DNA from: Candidatus Huberarchaeum crystalense
GTDB taxonomy: Archaea > Huberarchaeota > Huberarchaeia > Huberarchaeales > Huberarchaeaceae
Direction: 5' to 3'
Assembly: GCA_002790315.1 (NCBI GenBank)
Contig: PFUW01000040.1
Location: forward strand, 1 to 42,809
Length of the DNA stretch: 42,809 nt
Part shown: piece after piece, positions 28,891 through 38,800 of the stretch
How the letters are laid out: each line of letters begins with the position of its first letter
Numbering within the stretch: the first letter of the stretch is position 1
The notes under the pieces: generated by a model
Told to the model about the DNA's origin: nothing
The model's database searches: none
The model's input: only the letters and a program-made list of their open reading frames with translations
Translations under genes and position numbers: made by a program

Positions 28891-28960
28891 ATTTGAACCT
28901 GCGAAGACTTGCGTCAACGGATCTTGAGTCCGTCCCCTTTGACCACTCGGGAACCCTTGC
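28878..28960 (-). tRNA. tRNA-Leu(CAA)
   Basis: GCAAGGG acceptor stem, anticodon arm ACGGA-CTCAAGA-TCCGT, long variable arm, GTTCAAATC. Confidence 0.96.
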
Positions 28961-29073
28961 TTTGCGGGTTTTTTTGTCAGAGACAAANNNNNNNNNNACG
29001 CTAATGTTGAATATAAACAAAACAACAAAACGCGCGCTCCTTTGCTTGCCACTTAATTTTTTTACTTGCAAAA

Positions 29074-29146
29074 AGCCCTAGGGAAGAGTTGAACTCCCGA
29101 CCTACTGTTTACGAAACAGTCGCTCTACCAACTGAGCTACTAGGGC
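29074..29146 (-). tRNA. tRNA-Thr(CGT)
   Basis: GCCCTAG acceptor stem, anticodon arm ACTGT-TTCGTAA-ACAGT, GTTCAACTC. Confidence 0.96.
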
Positions 29147-29291
29147 TTAAGATTTTTTATCTATAAACAAAAAAACTAGCCATTAAAATAAAAGGCGCGC
29201 GAAAGTTTGGTTGAATATAATAAAAAATTAATAGAAAACATATTATAAAAATTTGTTAAGCAAAACTAAAAAGAAATCCAATAAAATTACT

Positions 29292-29708
29292 TCAAATCTT
29301 AATTCCTATCAGACCAAGCACAAATTTATGCACTATTAATAAAATTCCTAAAGCATATAAAATAAAACATATTTTGTTAAAATGTTTCCCTTTTTTTAAT
29401 ACTTTATTTAAATATATAGTTGCTTGAATTACTAAATACCCACATATTTGAAATATGTTTGCTTCTTTTAAAGCAAAGGTCCAAAATAAAGTAAGTGGAG
29501 TCCAGATAATCATTAAAAGAATAATTGTACCAAAAATAACAAATGCTTCAAAGGCTAAACTTGATTTGAACCTTTATAGTAAATCTATATATATAGTGCT
29601 AGCTATTATTCCTGTTGTAAGCCATACAAAGAAAATAGGTAAACTTAAATCTGAAAAATTAAAAAATTGAAACCTATCAAAAAATAAAGTAGTAGTATTT
29701 GAATCCAT
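29292..29708 (-). pseudogene. Hypothetical membrane protein with an in-frame TAA at 29574-29576
   Basis: One frame from ATG 29708: MDSNTTTLFF...IYIDLL*RFKSSLAFEAFVIFGTIILLMIIWTP... Confidence 0.6.
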
Positions 29709-29715
29709 ATAATAT

Positions 29716-32583
29716 TTACTCAACTTCTACAAAAACTGCTGGTTTTCCCGGCAAAGAAAATTTTGCAGTGTTTTGAGGATCAAAGGTTGTTTCTTTCTGT
29801 ATCTCGAAAATTACACCAAACTCCTTTTCAAAAAACATTTTTGCATCTTCTAAAACAGCAAATTCTTTGTTCCTGCTTAACAAAACACCAGGAATTGCGC
29901 GCAGTTTGCTCGCCATGTTTTCAATTTCAAATTTGTGTTCAGCATATTTTTGCGCGCGCAAAAGTTCGCCAATTTGCTTTCCACTTGATGCATCTTTAAA
30001 CAATTCATACTTCCATTCTGGCGCCAAATATAGATGAATTTTTTTTGCTTTTTTTCTACTACCTTTTTCTACCAAAAGAATTAGTTCGCGCAAAGTTTCG
30101 TGCAAGTTGATGATATTTTCTTCTGATGCTTCGGTGTGTTTGTCTTCCAAAGATTTATCAAATTGAGGATAAGAAGCAAGCGAGATAAAATCCTTATTAC
30201 CTATCTGCTCCCAAAGTTCTTCGCAAATGTGTGGAGTGAACGGCGCCATTAATCTTAGCCAAATATTGCTTACTTTTTCAAGTGTTTGTTTATCTTTTCC
30301 TCCTCGCGATAAATACCACTTTATTAAATTGTGAATATTAAAAAAGATCTCATCACTCGCTTTTTTAATATTAAATTTATTAAATTCGCTCTCAACAACC
30401 TTGCAAGAAGCATTTAGTTTTGAAAGAATCCATTTGTCAATCGCCTCTTTTTCTTCATCTTTTTTTATACTTAATTCATTAATCATTTCTTCTTCATCTT
30501 TTTTTATACTTAATTCATTAATCAAATTGATAATTGATTCTAATTTTTTTTTATATTTTATAATAATATCTTGATCCCATTCTATATCAGAAAAAAGCTC
30601 TGCTGTGTTTAAATAATACAATCTCATTCCATCAACAGAATATTTTTTTGCTATATCTTTAATAGGTTCTGCTCCGCCTTTTGATTTTGAAAGTTTAAAT
30701 TTTCCTTTTCCTGTGACCCAACCATTAGCGCCAATACCAACAGGCCAATATTTTTCTGGAAATATTGCTATATGGCTTTTCAAAAAAACGGGAAAATGAA
30801 CTGTTTTATGCTCTTTTCCCGCAATATTCATATTTAAAGGATACCAATAATCAAATTCTCTATGAATTTCTTTCCAAATCTCGTTTTTTGGTTTGCCTTT
30901 TCCCAAAAAAACATAATCAAAAAATTCTTCTGTTAGATCATCTACACTTATTTTCTTATTGTTAAAATATTGAGAAACAATATAATAAGCAGGATAAATT
31001 GTCGAGTCTGCAATTGGTTCTATTATCCATTTTTTGTCAAACGGCAGTTTTGTTCCTATCCAATTATTCAAACGAGTGCAAGCCCTGTCTTCAAACCAAG
31101 TTAAAATTCTGGGAAAATTTTTCTTAAAGCTTTCAGGAATTATTTGCATGTTATCTACTTGTTTTTTTGCCTTTTCTGTTATTGATTTATCACTATATTT
31201 TATAAACCATTGGTCAGGAATTTTTTTTATAACAACTTTTCCCCCACATCGACAAATAACTTCTTCTGACAAATCTCTGATTTTTCCAGCAAGATTTTGG
31301 TTTAATAAATCTGCCCCTAAATTTTCCTTAACTTCACTTATTTTTAAACCAGCATATTTGCCGCAAATTTCTTTCAAAACACCTTTGCTAAACTCTTTAA
31401 GGTATATTTCTGTAGTTGCTTGTTCAAGTTTTTCTATTTCATTTTGAGTGTCAATTCCTATTTTTTTGCAAATTTCTTCTGCAGGAAATTCTCCAAACTC
31501 TTGAGTCTTAATTAAAGAAATTTGTTTTATATTTTTTATTTCTTCTTTTGGAAGATTAAATTTATCAAGCAAGTTGTTATTGTTTTGTATATCTTTTAGC
31601 GCTATGTAATCATAAGGAGCATGAGCAGGAACACTCATAACAACACCTGTTCCTACATTTGGATCAACAAATAATGCAGGTAAAATTATGACTTTATTTT
31701 TGGTTAGAGGATTTTCGCAATATTTTCCAATTAACTCTTTTCCTGAAACTTGCTCTATTATTTCAACACTTTCTTCTTGATATTTTAATTTTTCTGCTGC
31801 TTGCTTGCTTATAATATAAATTTCAGATCCAACACTTGCGCGCACATAATTTATCTCTGGATTTATCCACATATTAACAACACCAAATAAAGTTTCAGGA
31901 CGCAAAGTAGCTGCAGGCAAAACATTATTTTCTAATTTAAATTTTATTGTAAAATATTCCACAACTTCTGCATTTCCTCCTTTTGAAATGTCTGTTTCAG
32001 ATAGATCAACTGCAACAGGCCCGCAATTAATGCAAGTAGTAGTAAAATATGGCTTTTGAATAAGCAAACCCAAATCCATAAACTTTTTAAACTGCCACTC
32101 AATGAATTTATGATAATCATCAAAACTAGTGCAAGTAAATGCACTCCAACTAGAAGAAAATCCATATGCTTTCCAACTATCAACATATTCCTTATTAAAA
32201 AACTCTATAATTTTTTCAGGAGTCGTAAGATTGCTGACTATGTCTTTAGGACAGCCATTATCAACTAAATAATTTATCCATTTTTCATCTCTATTTTTAA
32301 TTTTGTTTGCAAAACTAATTGCAATATTTCCACTCGCATGAGTGCCAACAGGAAAAAACACATTTTTTCCAAGCATGCGGTGGTAGCGCGCAACAACATC
32401 AGTGATAGAATAACCTCGCATATGACCTACATGCAAATATCCTGAAATTCCAGGATATGCAAATATTATAAAATATTTCTCTTTATTTTCGTCAACTTTT
32501 GGCTCAAAAACCTTTTTATTCTGCCATTTTTTTTGCCATTTTTGTTCTATATAATGAAAATCAACAGATGATTTATTAGCCAT
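29716..32583 (-). CDS. leuS: Leucyl-tRNA synthetase (archaeal type)
   Basis: HVGH, ATLRPET, GTGVVMSVPAHAPYD editing motif, IEPIADSTIY, KLSKSKG. Confidence 0.96.
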   Translation of the reverse strand: MANKSSVDFHYIEQKWQKKWQNKKVFEPKVDENKEKYFIIFAYPGISGYLHVGHMRGYSITDVVARYHRMLGKNVFFPVGTHASGNIAISFANKIKNRDEKWINYLVDNGCPKDIVSNLTTPEKIIEFFNKEYVDSWKAYGFSSSWSAFTCTSFDDYHKFIEWQFKKFMDLGLLIQKPYFTTTCINCGPVAVDLSETDISKGGNAEVVEYFTIKFKLENNVLPAATLRPETLFGVVNMWINPEINYVRASVGSEIYIISKQAAEKLKYQEESVEIIEQVSGKELIGKYCENPLTKNKVIILPALFVDPNVGTGVVMSVPAHAPYDYIALKDIQNNNNLLDKFNLPKEEIKNIKQISLIKTQEFGEFPAEEICKKIGIDTQNEIEKLEQATTEIYLKEFSKGVLKEICGKYAGLKISEVKENLGADLLNQNLAGKIRDLSEEVICRCGGKVVIKKIPDQWFIKYSDKSITEKAKKQVDNMQIIPESFKKNFPRILTWFEDRACTRLNNWIGTKLPFDKKWIIEPIADSTIYPAYYIVSQYFNNKKISVDDLTEEFFDYVFLGKGKPKNEIWKEIHREFDYWYPLNMNIAGKEHKTVHFPVFLKSHIAIFPEKYWPVGIGANGWVTGKGKFKLSKSKGGAEPIKDIAKKYSVDGMRLYYLNTAELFSDIEWDQDIIIKYKKKLESIINLINELSIKKDEEEMINELSIKKDEEKEAIDKWILSKLNASCKVVESEFNKFNIKKASDEIFFNIHNLIKWYLSRGGKDKQTLEKVSNIWLRLMAPFTPHICEELWEQIGNKDFISLASYPQFDKSLEDKHTEASEENIINLHETLRELILLVEKGSRKKAKKIHLYLAPEWKYELFKDASSGKQIGELLRAQKYAEHKFEIENMASKLRAIPGVLLSRNKEFAVLEDAKMFFEKEFGVIFEIQKETTFDPQNTAKFSLPGKPAVFVEVE
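30451..30524. repeat. In-frame tandem duplication (period 39 bp) inside leuS
   Basis: Encodes INELSIKKDEE twice. Confidence 0.9.
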
Positions 32584-32616
32584 AATTTTTTATAATATAA
32601 AAAAACCCATTTAATT

Positions 32617-33933
32617 TTATACTTGCCCACCACTACTACTACCACTACTACTAGAACCTTTTAAAATACATTTTCCATCTTTACATTCTTCATTATTTTT
32701 ACATTGAGCATTATTATTACAACTATTTATATAAATATCTCCTATTCCTGTTTTAGAACTATAAGATAATATTTTTGTTTCTTCAATACTAAATTTTAAA
32801 TCTATATTAAAGGTTGTTTTTTCATTGTTATTAAGCGTCTTAACCCAAACATAAACTGGAAGTGTAATATTTGGAATAGTTGCAGATAAGCTATTATATT
32901 CATATCCAGAACTATCTATGCCAGCAGAAGTATCCCCCCCTATTTTAGAAGGGCAAGATATACCTGTTAAATTTAGATTGTAGCCTTTAATATCACTAAT
33001 TTTAGTATTTTCATCTTTAAGAATATAAGTAAGATTATATTTTTTCTTACAAACATTTTGTTCGCACACAGTATCACTATCTGCCTTAAATTCTAGATGT
33101 AATGGAGCAAAATCAAAACTAGGATCAATACTTATACTATAATTACCATCTTTATTTGTTAGTGAAATACCAAAATCATTTTTAATTAAATCAATCTTTT
33201 TAAGAGAAATATAAGAAGGTAGTTCATTTTCTAAATTCATAGTTCTTATAACATATGTATAGTTATATTTAGATCCTATTTTAGCATTAGAATCTCTATT
33301 TTGGAAATTAAAGGATATATTTCTTTTATTCTTATCTAAAGATTCTCCTATACTCTTAATTACTTCATCATTTTTTATCTCTAATCCAGGAGAAGTGGCA
33401 GTAATAAACCCATACAAATTATTAAATACAACCTTTGCAGGGTAATTGTTTGTATTTTTAAACAATGATACATTGTCTTTATTCCCAACTTCAATATTTA
33501 TCTTAATGTCCTGGTCGGGTTTTATTTTTAATGGATCTTCAATATAAATATTTGAAGTTAAAAAACTATCACTTATTGCTGCCATTTTTGGATTGTTAGG
33601 ATTTGTAGTTGGCTTTTCTGTGGTTGGCCCTCTTTTTGCTGCTAAACAAAATTTTACATTTGGTGAAGTTTGCCTTTTTTCATTATCATCAGAAGGCTCT
33701 CTACATTCAGTATTATCTATCTTACAATCAGAAGTCTCCTTACATGTTGCTGTACAAACACCATTAAAACAAGCTTGAGCAGTAGTGCAATTGCTTGTAT
33801 TATCAACAGTGCAAGTAGATCCTCCAGATCCTCCTCCAACGCATCCGCTTACAAAAACAACTAAAACAATAAATATACTCAATATTATAGCACTAAACGC
33901 CAACGTAAATATTTGCTTTGAGTTAATAGCTAT
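32617..33933 (-). CDS. Cys-rich lipoprotein of unknown function; start ambiguous (ATA at 33933 or ATG at 33966)
   Basis: Signal peptide with lipobox VSGC nearly identical to 18103, Gly/Ser linker, Cys-rich repeats at both ends. Confidence 0.7.
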   Translation of the reverse strand: MAINSKQIFTLAFSAIILSIFIVLVVFVSGCVGGGSGGSTCTVDNTSNCTTAQACFNGVCTATCKETSDCKIDNTECREPSDDNEKRQTSPNVKFCLAAKRGPTTEKPTTNPNNPKMAAISDSFLTSNIYIEDPLKIKPDQDIKINIEVGNKDNVSLFKNTNNYPAKVVFNNLYGFITATSPGLEIKNDEVIKSIGESLDKNKRNISFNFQNRDSNAKIGSKYNYTYVIRTMNLENELPSYISLKKIDLIKNDFGISLTNKDGNYSISIDPSFDFAPLHLEFKADSDTVCEQNVCKKKYNLTYILKDENTKISDIKGYNLNLTGISCPSKIGGDTSAGIDSSGYEYNSLSATIPNITLPVYVWVKTLNNNEKTTFNIDLKFSIEETKILSYSSKTGIGDIYINSCNNNAQCKNNEECKDGKCILKGSSSSGSSSGGQV

Positions 33934-34112
33934 AATATGTTTATATAGGGTATTTAAAAACCCCATTATTTTTGAGTTTTGTATAAAAATGTGCTTTCAC
34001 TACTAACGAAAAATCAAAGTAAGAAACCAACAACACATATAAAAACAAGCAAAATTTCCATAAAATATATTAAAATTACGATGTTTTGCTCTGTTGCTAA
34101 TTTTTTATTAGA
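33929..34112 (-). repeat. Copy 2 of the aglH-3'/trmB-upstream block, with extra aglH-like coding sequence
   Basis: Matches 12727-12872; 34112-34014 reads SNKKLATEQNIVILIYFMEILLVFICVVGFLL*. Confidence 0.85.
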
Positions 34113-34159
34113 ATAATAAAAATAAATACTTGAAGTTAATTTTCGCACACACATAAAAA

Positions 34160-34957
34160 TTAGCACATCATAATTATTCTGCTCAAATCCCTAAACCCTG
34201 GCGCAAATCCAAGTACAAACAGAACAAACTTTAACATATTTTTTGTATTTTTATCTTTAATAAAATGATCTGTAAGCATTAAGCAAGGAATTACAACAAG
34301 CAACTTCAAAATAAAGAATGCAGCAGGACCCAACAAACCCATAATCGCTGCTGGTAAGACATGCTTCTCAACATAACCAAAAAAAGTTAAAGCAACAAAA
34401 GTCGCGCTTACATCAAACAAGTGCGCTGCCACAACAAGCAAATTCTGCTTTGTAAAAATTTTAGAAAACACCTTAAACCTCCAAGCAACAGCAAAAGGTG
34501 CGCAAGCAATCCCAAAAATTATTGAGAAAAATAGAAGTGCTTGCAGATTTTGGGCGCGCAAAGCAATAATTAAAATATTAAAAATTGTTAGAACAAACCC
34601 AGCAACAAACAAAGGTTTCCACCACTCTATTTTAAAAAAGCGCGATACAAAAATACTAAAAACCCAAGCCACAACAAACAACACAAAAATTAAAAAATAA
34701 ATTCCAGGTGCTACAAAAAACCAAATTGTTGGAAAAAAGCTTGCATCAACCAGTGCTCGACTCGTTGTTCCAAAAACAACCCAAGGTGCTACAGCCACAA
34801 AAAAATCGTCATTTAATTTTACTTTTTGTCGCTTAAAAATCCACAAAAGCAAAAAAACAAAAAGAGACAAAATTATACCATAGATCAAAGTGTTAAACAA
34901 AGTGTAAGGTGCAAAAGTCCCAAAATTTTGCTCAAAAAAAGAAAGAATATTAACCAT
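34160..34957 (-). CDS. DUF63-family membrane protein
   Basis: YT.FNTL.YG, RALVD, PGIY, AH.FD.SATFVA, Y.EKHVL, LG.APG.RD. Confidence 0.85.
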   Translation of the reverse strand: MVNILSFFEQNFGTFAPYTLFNTLIYGIILSLFVFLLLWIFKRQKVKLNDDFFVAVAPWVVFGTTSRALVDASFFPTIWFFVAPGIYFLIFVLFVVAWVFSIFVSRFFKIEWWKPLFVAGFVLTIFNILIIALRAQNLQALLFFSIIFGIACAPFAVAWRFKVFSKIFTKQNLLVVAAHLFDVSATFVALTFFGYVEKHVLPAAIMGLLGPAAFFILKLLVVIPCLMLTDHFIKDKNTKNMLKFVLFVLGFAPGFRDLSRIIMMC

Positions 34958-34960
34958 AAT

Positions 34961-35058
34961 TTAGTTTGTGTTAGTTAGTGTTATTTGTGTTAGTTAGTGT
35001 TATTTGTGTTAGTTAGTGTTATTTGTGTTAGTTAGTGTTATTTGTGTTAGTTAGTGTT
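34961..35058. repeat. 19-bp tandem repeat, about 5 copies, running into an N gap
   Basis: gttagttagtgttatttgt units. Confidence 0.9.
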
Positions 35059-35103
35059 NNNNNNNNNNNACAAACTTTTTATAAACTTTTGCTACAAAAG
35101 TTT

Positions 35104-35676
35104 ATGGCAACAACACAAACACAAAAAAGCACAAATAAGAACGCAAACCCCAAACCGTCAGGAAAAACAAACAAAATGCAAACACAAGTAGAATTAGACA
35201 AAGTAGTAATTAACATTGGAGCGGGCGGGGACATTTCAAAAATTGAGCGCGGTCAAAATATGCTGAAAAAATTAGTTGGCGGGAAATCAATAATTACAAA
35301 AGCAACAGGTGCTGCTAAAACATTTCAGGTTAAGAGTGGTGCTCCTATGGGTGTAAAGATAACTTTGCGTAAACAAAAGGCGCTTGCATTTTTAAAACTC
35401 TTTTTTACTGCTTTTGAAAATATAAAGGCTTCGTCATTTGACAAGCAAGGTAATATATCTTGCGGAACATCTGAATATTTTAGAATGAAAGATATAAAAT
35501 ATGATCCTTCAATTGGAACTCTTGGTTTAGAATGTATGATTTCGCTAAAAAAACCAGGTAAGCGCGTAAAGTTAAAAAAGCGCGCGCAATCTAAAGTCGG
35601 AAAAAAGCAAAGGGTTGAAAAAGAAGAGGCGATTGCGTTTATTCAAAAAGAGTTTGGCATTAAAGTAAAAGAGTAA
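35104..35676 (+). CDS. rpl5: 50S ribosomal protein L5 (uL5)
   Basis: KVVINIG, GVKITLR, SFDKQGN, YDPSIG..GL, KPGKRV. Confidence 0.93.
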   Translation: MATTQTQKSTNKNANPKPSGKTNKMQTQVELDKVVINIGAGGDISKIERGQNMLKKLVGGKSIITKATGAAKTFQVKSGAPMGVKITLRKQKALAFLKLFFTAFENIKASSFDKQGNISCGTSEYFRMKDIKYDPSIGTLGLECMISLKKPGKRVKLKKRAQSKVGKKQRVEKEEAIAFIQKEFGIKVKE

Positions 35677-35895
35677 ATAAATTAAATATATTTATTTATT
35701 CATAAGTTTTTCTTACTTGTTTGTTTTTTGGTTTTTCTCTTTTTTGCTCTTTTGGCTTTAGCTTTATTTTATATTTTTTGGTTCTTCTTGGTTTTTTTCT
35801 TTTGGTTTCTTTAACTTTTGCTCTTTTGTCCTTTTTCTTTTGGTTTTTGCTTTTTTGTCTGTTTTTATCTATTTTTGTTTGTCTGTTTTAATATT

Positions 35896-38800
35896 TTATT
35901 TTTTCTGGTTTTTTATTTTTGGTTTTTTATACTCTTTGTAATTCTTATAGATATAGATATAATACCCAACAATAACAGCTAAAATCAGCAAAACCCACCA
36001 ATACCAGCAAGCAATAAATCTAAGATTACAGCCAAGGCCAAAAAGACAGCAACTATGTTGCCCTTGATTTGTTTTGTTTGATAGAGATGTTATAATGTGA
36101 TCCTCTTTTGTTGCGTTGCATTTTCCGCAGTCTGTCTCGCAGGTCAAACAGGTTTCGTTTCCTTCGCATTTCTCATCTCTACAAACAGGAATTTTTGAGT
36201 AATCTTCTAGGCTGTTTTTGTAATTTTCTTTGCAAGTGCTATCGCAAACTTTGTCTCCGCAAGTACAATTTGAGCAATTTTTGACATTGATTATTGTAGG
36301 AGTGTTATATAAATTGTGGCGGCTAAAAGTTAGTAAATGTGTTCCTATTGTTGTGTTGAAACAAAAAATTTGATTGGGTTGAATTTTGTGTGTTGTTTGG
36401 TTATCAATATTTAATGTAAAGTTTGTCATAAACGCGTCGCAACATCCTCCACAGTTTGCGTTTTCGTTTGATGGAATGATTAGGCAGATTTTTTGGTTTG
36501 CGCAGATAGGGGTTGTGAACTTGTAAAATATTCTATGGCAGTGCTGATATTTGCTTGTTTTTGGTGGAATCAAATAAAATAAGCTATAAATTTCCTTGTT
36601 TTCACAATCCCAATTGCAATAAATCTTGTTCTCAAACCTGAGTGAAAGGTCTCCATATTTTATTACTTTTAGTTTAAGGTTTATTATTTTTGATTCATTT
36701 TGTGATAAGTCAAAAGAAGTATAAGTGTGTGCTGGCGCGCCATTATCTAATTGTGCGTCTGTGGATATTAACTCAAATCCATATGCTCCAACAAACACAA
36801 TAACATTTTTGGCAATATCATTTCCTTTATTTGTAATATTAATTTGATATTCAACTTCTTTTTTATATTCTATTTTATCGCTGATTTTTTTGGTGTCCAA
36901 CACAAGGTGTGGCGCACTAACATTCATTATTGTTGAGTTTCTTGTGTTGAAAATCGTGTCGTCAGTTATAAAAAGAGTGGCATTGATTGTGTCATTGATT
37001 GCGTGCGGCCTGCCAATAAAAGTTATATTTAATGTTTCGTTTGGAACAATTTTTGAAATTATTGCGCTCCACTCATTTTCTACATTGCTTATATTGTTGC
37101 TGAATTTTAATGACAAAACATCTACAAAATAAATGCCATTCATAACATAATGCGCAATCACATTGTAAGCAGTTATATTTCCTGTGTTTTTTATTGTTAG
37201 GTTTCCTGTGAAATCCTGGCAAGGATAAACTTTTGATGGAATTGAAATATTTAGAATTTCAAGGACAACAGATTGCATCTTCATTGTATGGTTTGTTAAA
37301 GTGTTAAATTCCTGATAAGGTCCTGATATATAACTTAGATATGTTGCGTTGATGTGGTTTGTTAGGTTCTCTTCTGCGCGCACATATTCTCCTTGCTTAT
37401 ATGTTCCGCTTATGTTTGTGTCTTCATATGTCTCGTTTATGCTCGCGTTTATTGTTATAGTATAGCAAGTGTTGTTTTCTATTGATGAGATCTTCCAAAT
37501 TAGGGTGCGCGTGCGGTTGTTTATTTGGGTAGTTGAATTTGGCGTAGGAGTTGCGTTTAAAAAAGTTGTTCCGTTCGCCAAAATGTCTGTTGTTGTTATA
37601 TTATATGCAACACCTTTTCCTGCATTGCAAATTGAAATATTATAAGTTATATTTTGGTTGGGGTAACTTTCGCTTATACTTGTTTTTGTGATAATTATGT
37701 TAGGAAGTTCAACATTTGTTGAAATTGTATTTGTGTGGTTGTATTGGTGACCGTTTGATGGCGCGCTCCATCCTGACAAATTTGCACTGATTTGTACAGT
37801 ATCGTCTTGGTTTAAAAAGGTGTTATTAGAATAAGTGTTGTTGATAAACGCCAAAACCGAGATGTTTATACAGCTTCCATTTGTCAGATTGTCAAACATA
37901 TAAAGAAGCATCTGCGAGCCATCAGATAAGTTTATTTGAGAGTTTGAAATAGGGGTTGTGGTCGCGCTCCAATTTATGAAAACAACGCCAGACAGAAGCG
38001 TGGCATTGAATGAAATATTATATGTTGTTGAATTTCCATAATTGCAGAGATAAAAGGTGTAATTATTGATTGCTCCACTAGGCAAGCTATTATTTTGCTG
38101 TGTGATTGACAACAATAAATTCGGCTCGACAACAAGCAAGTCAGCGCTCGCGTTTGTTGTGTAATTTCGGCTATTTTGCGAGTTCCAGCTCATTGAAACT
38201 GCATCTGCTTTGTTCAACAAATAATCACCTATTATAACATCGCTGTTATTATCATATTTTGTCTTAACGCGTGCGCTTATTGTTATAATAATTGTTTCGC
38301 TAACATTAACATTTGAAAAGAAATATGTTAAATTTCTTCTGTCGNNNNNNNNNNAAGCAATTGAGTTTCCTTCATTTTTAATTGTGATTGTGTAATTGAT
38401 GGGAAAACCCGGCGCTTGCTGTTGTGGATTTACTGTTTTTGAAATTGTGATATTGGGCTCCAAAATTACTATACTCGCATTTGCGTTTATTTTAAAGGTT
38501 TCATTTGTTGAATTATAATAAGTTATGTTTGCAAAATTGTAAAGTATGCTTCCTTTGTGTAGGTTTGATGCATTGTTTACAAACCCTTCAAAATTTAGAT
38601 TTAAAATCCCTATACGAACATCACTGAAATTGCAATAAACCGTGTTGTTGTTTATTATCTTGCAATTTGACACACAACTCGCAGCAGTGCTATTTAAATA
38701 AGTAAAGGTGCAATTTTCGATGGCTGTTATATTAAAATTAGTTGAATTGTCAAACAAAGTTAGATTTTTTACACCACCTCTCGTTGTGTTTGTAATTATA

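Noticed and set aside
28807-29081. Three short ORFs in the track
   Set aside because: They overlap tRNA-Leu, an N gap and repeats.
35700-35890. T-rich strand-biased tract as a Lys-rich gene
   Set aside because: No start or sustained ORF seen; compatible with a terminator region between convergent genes.
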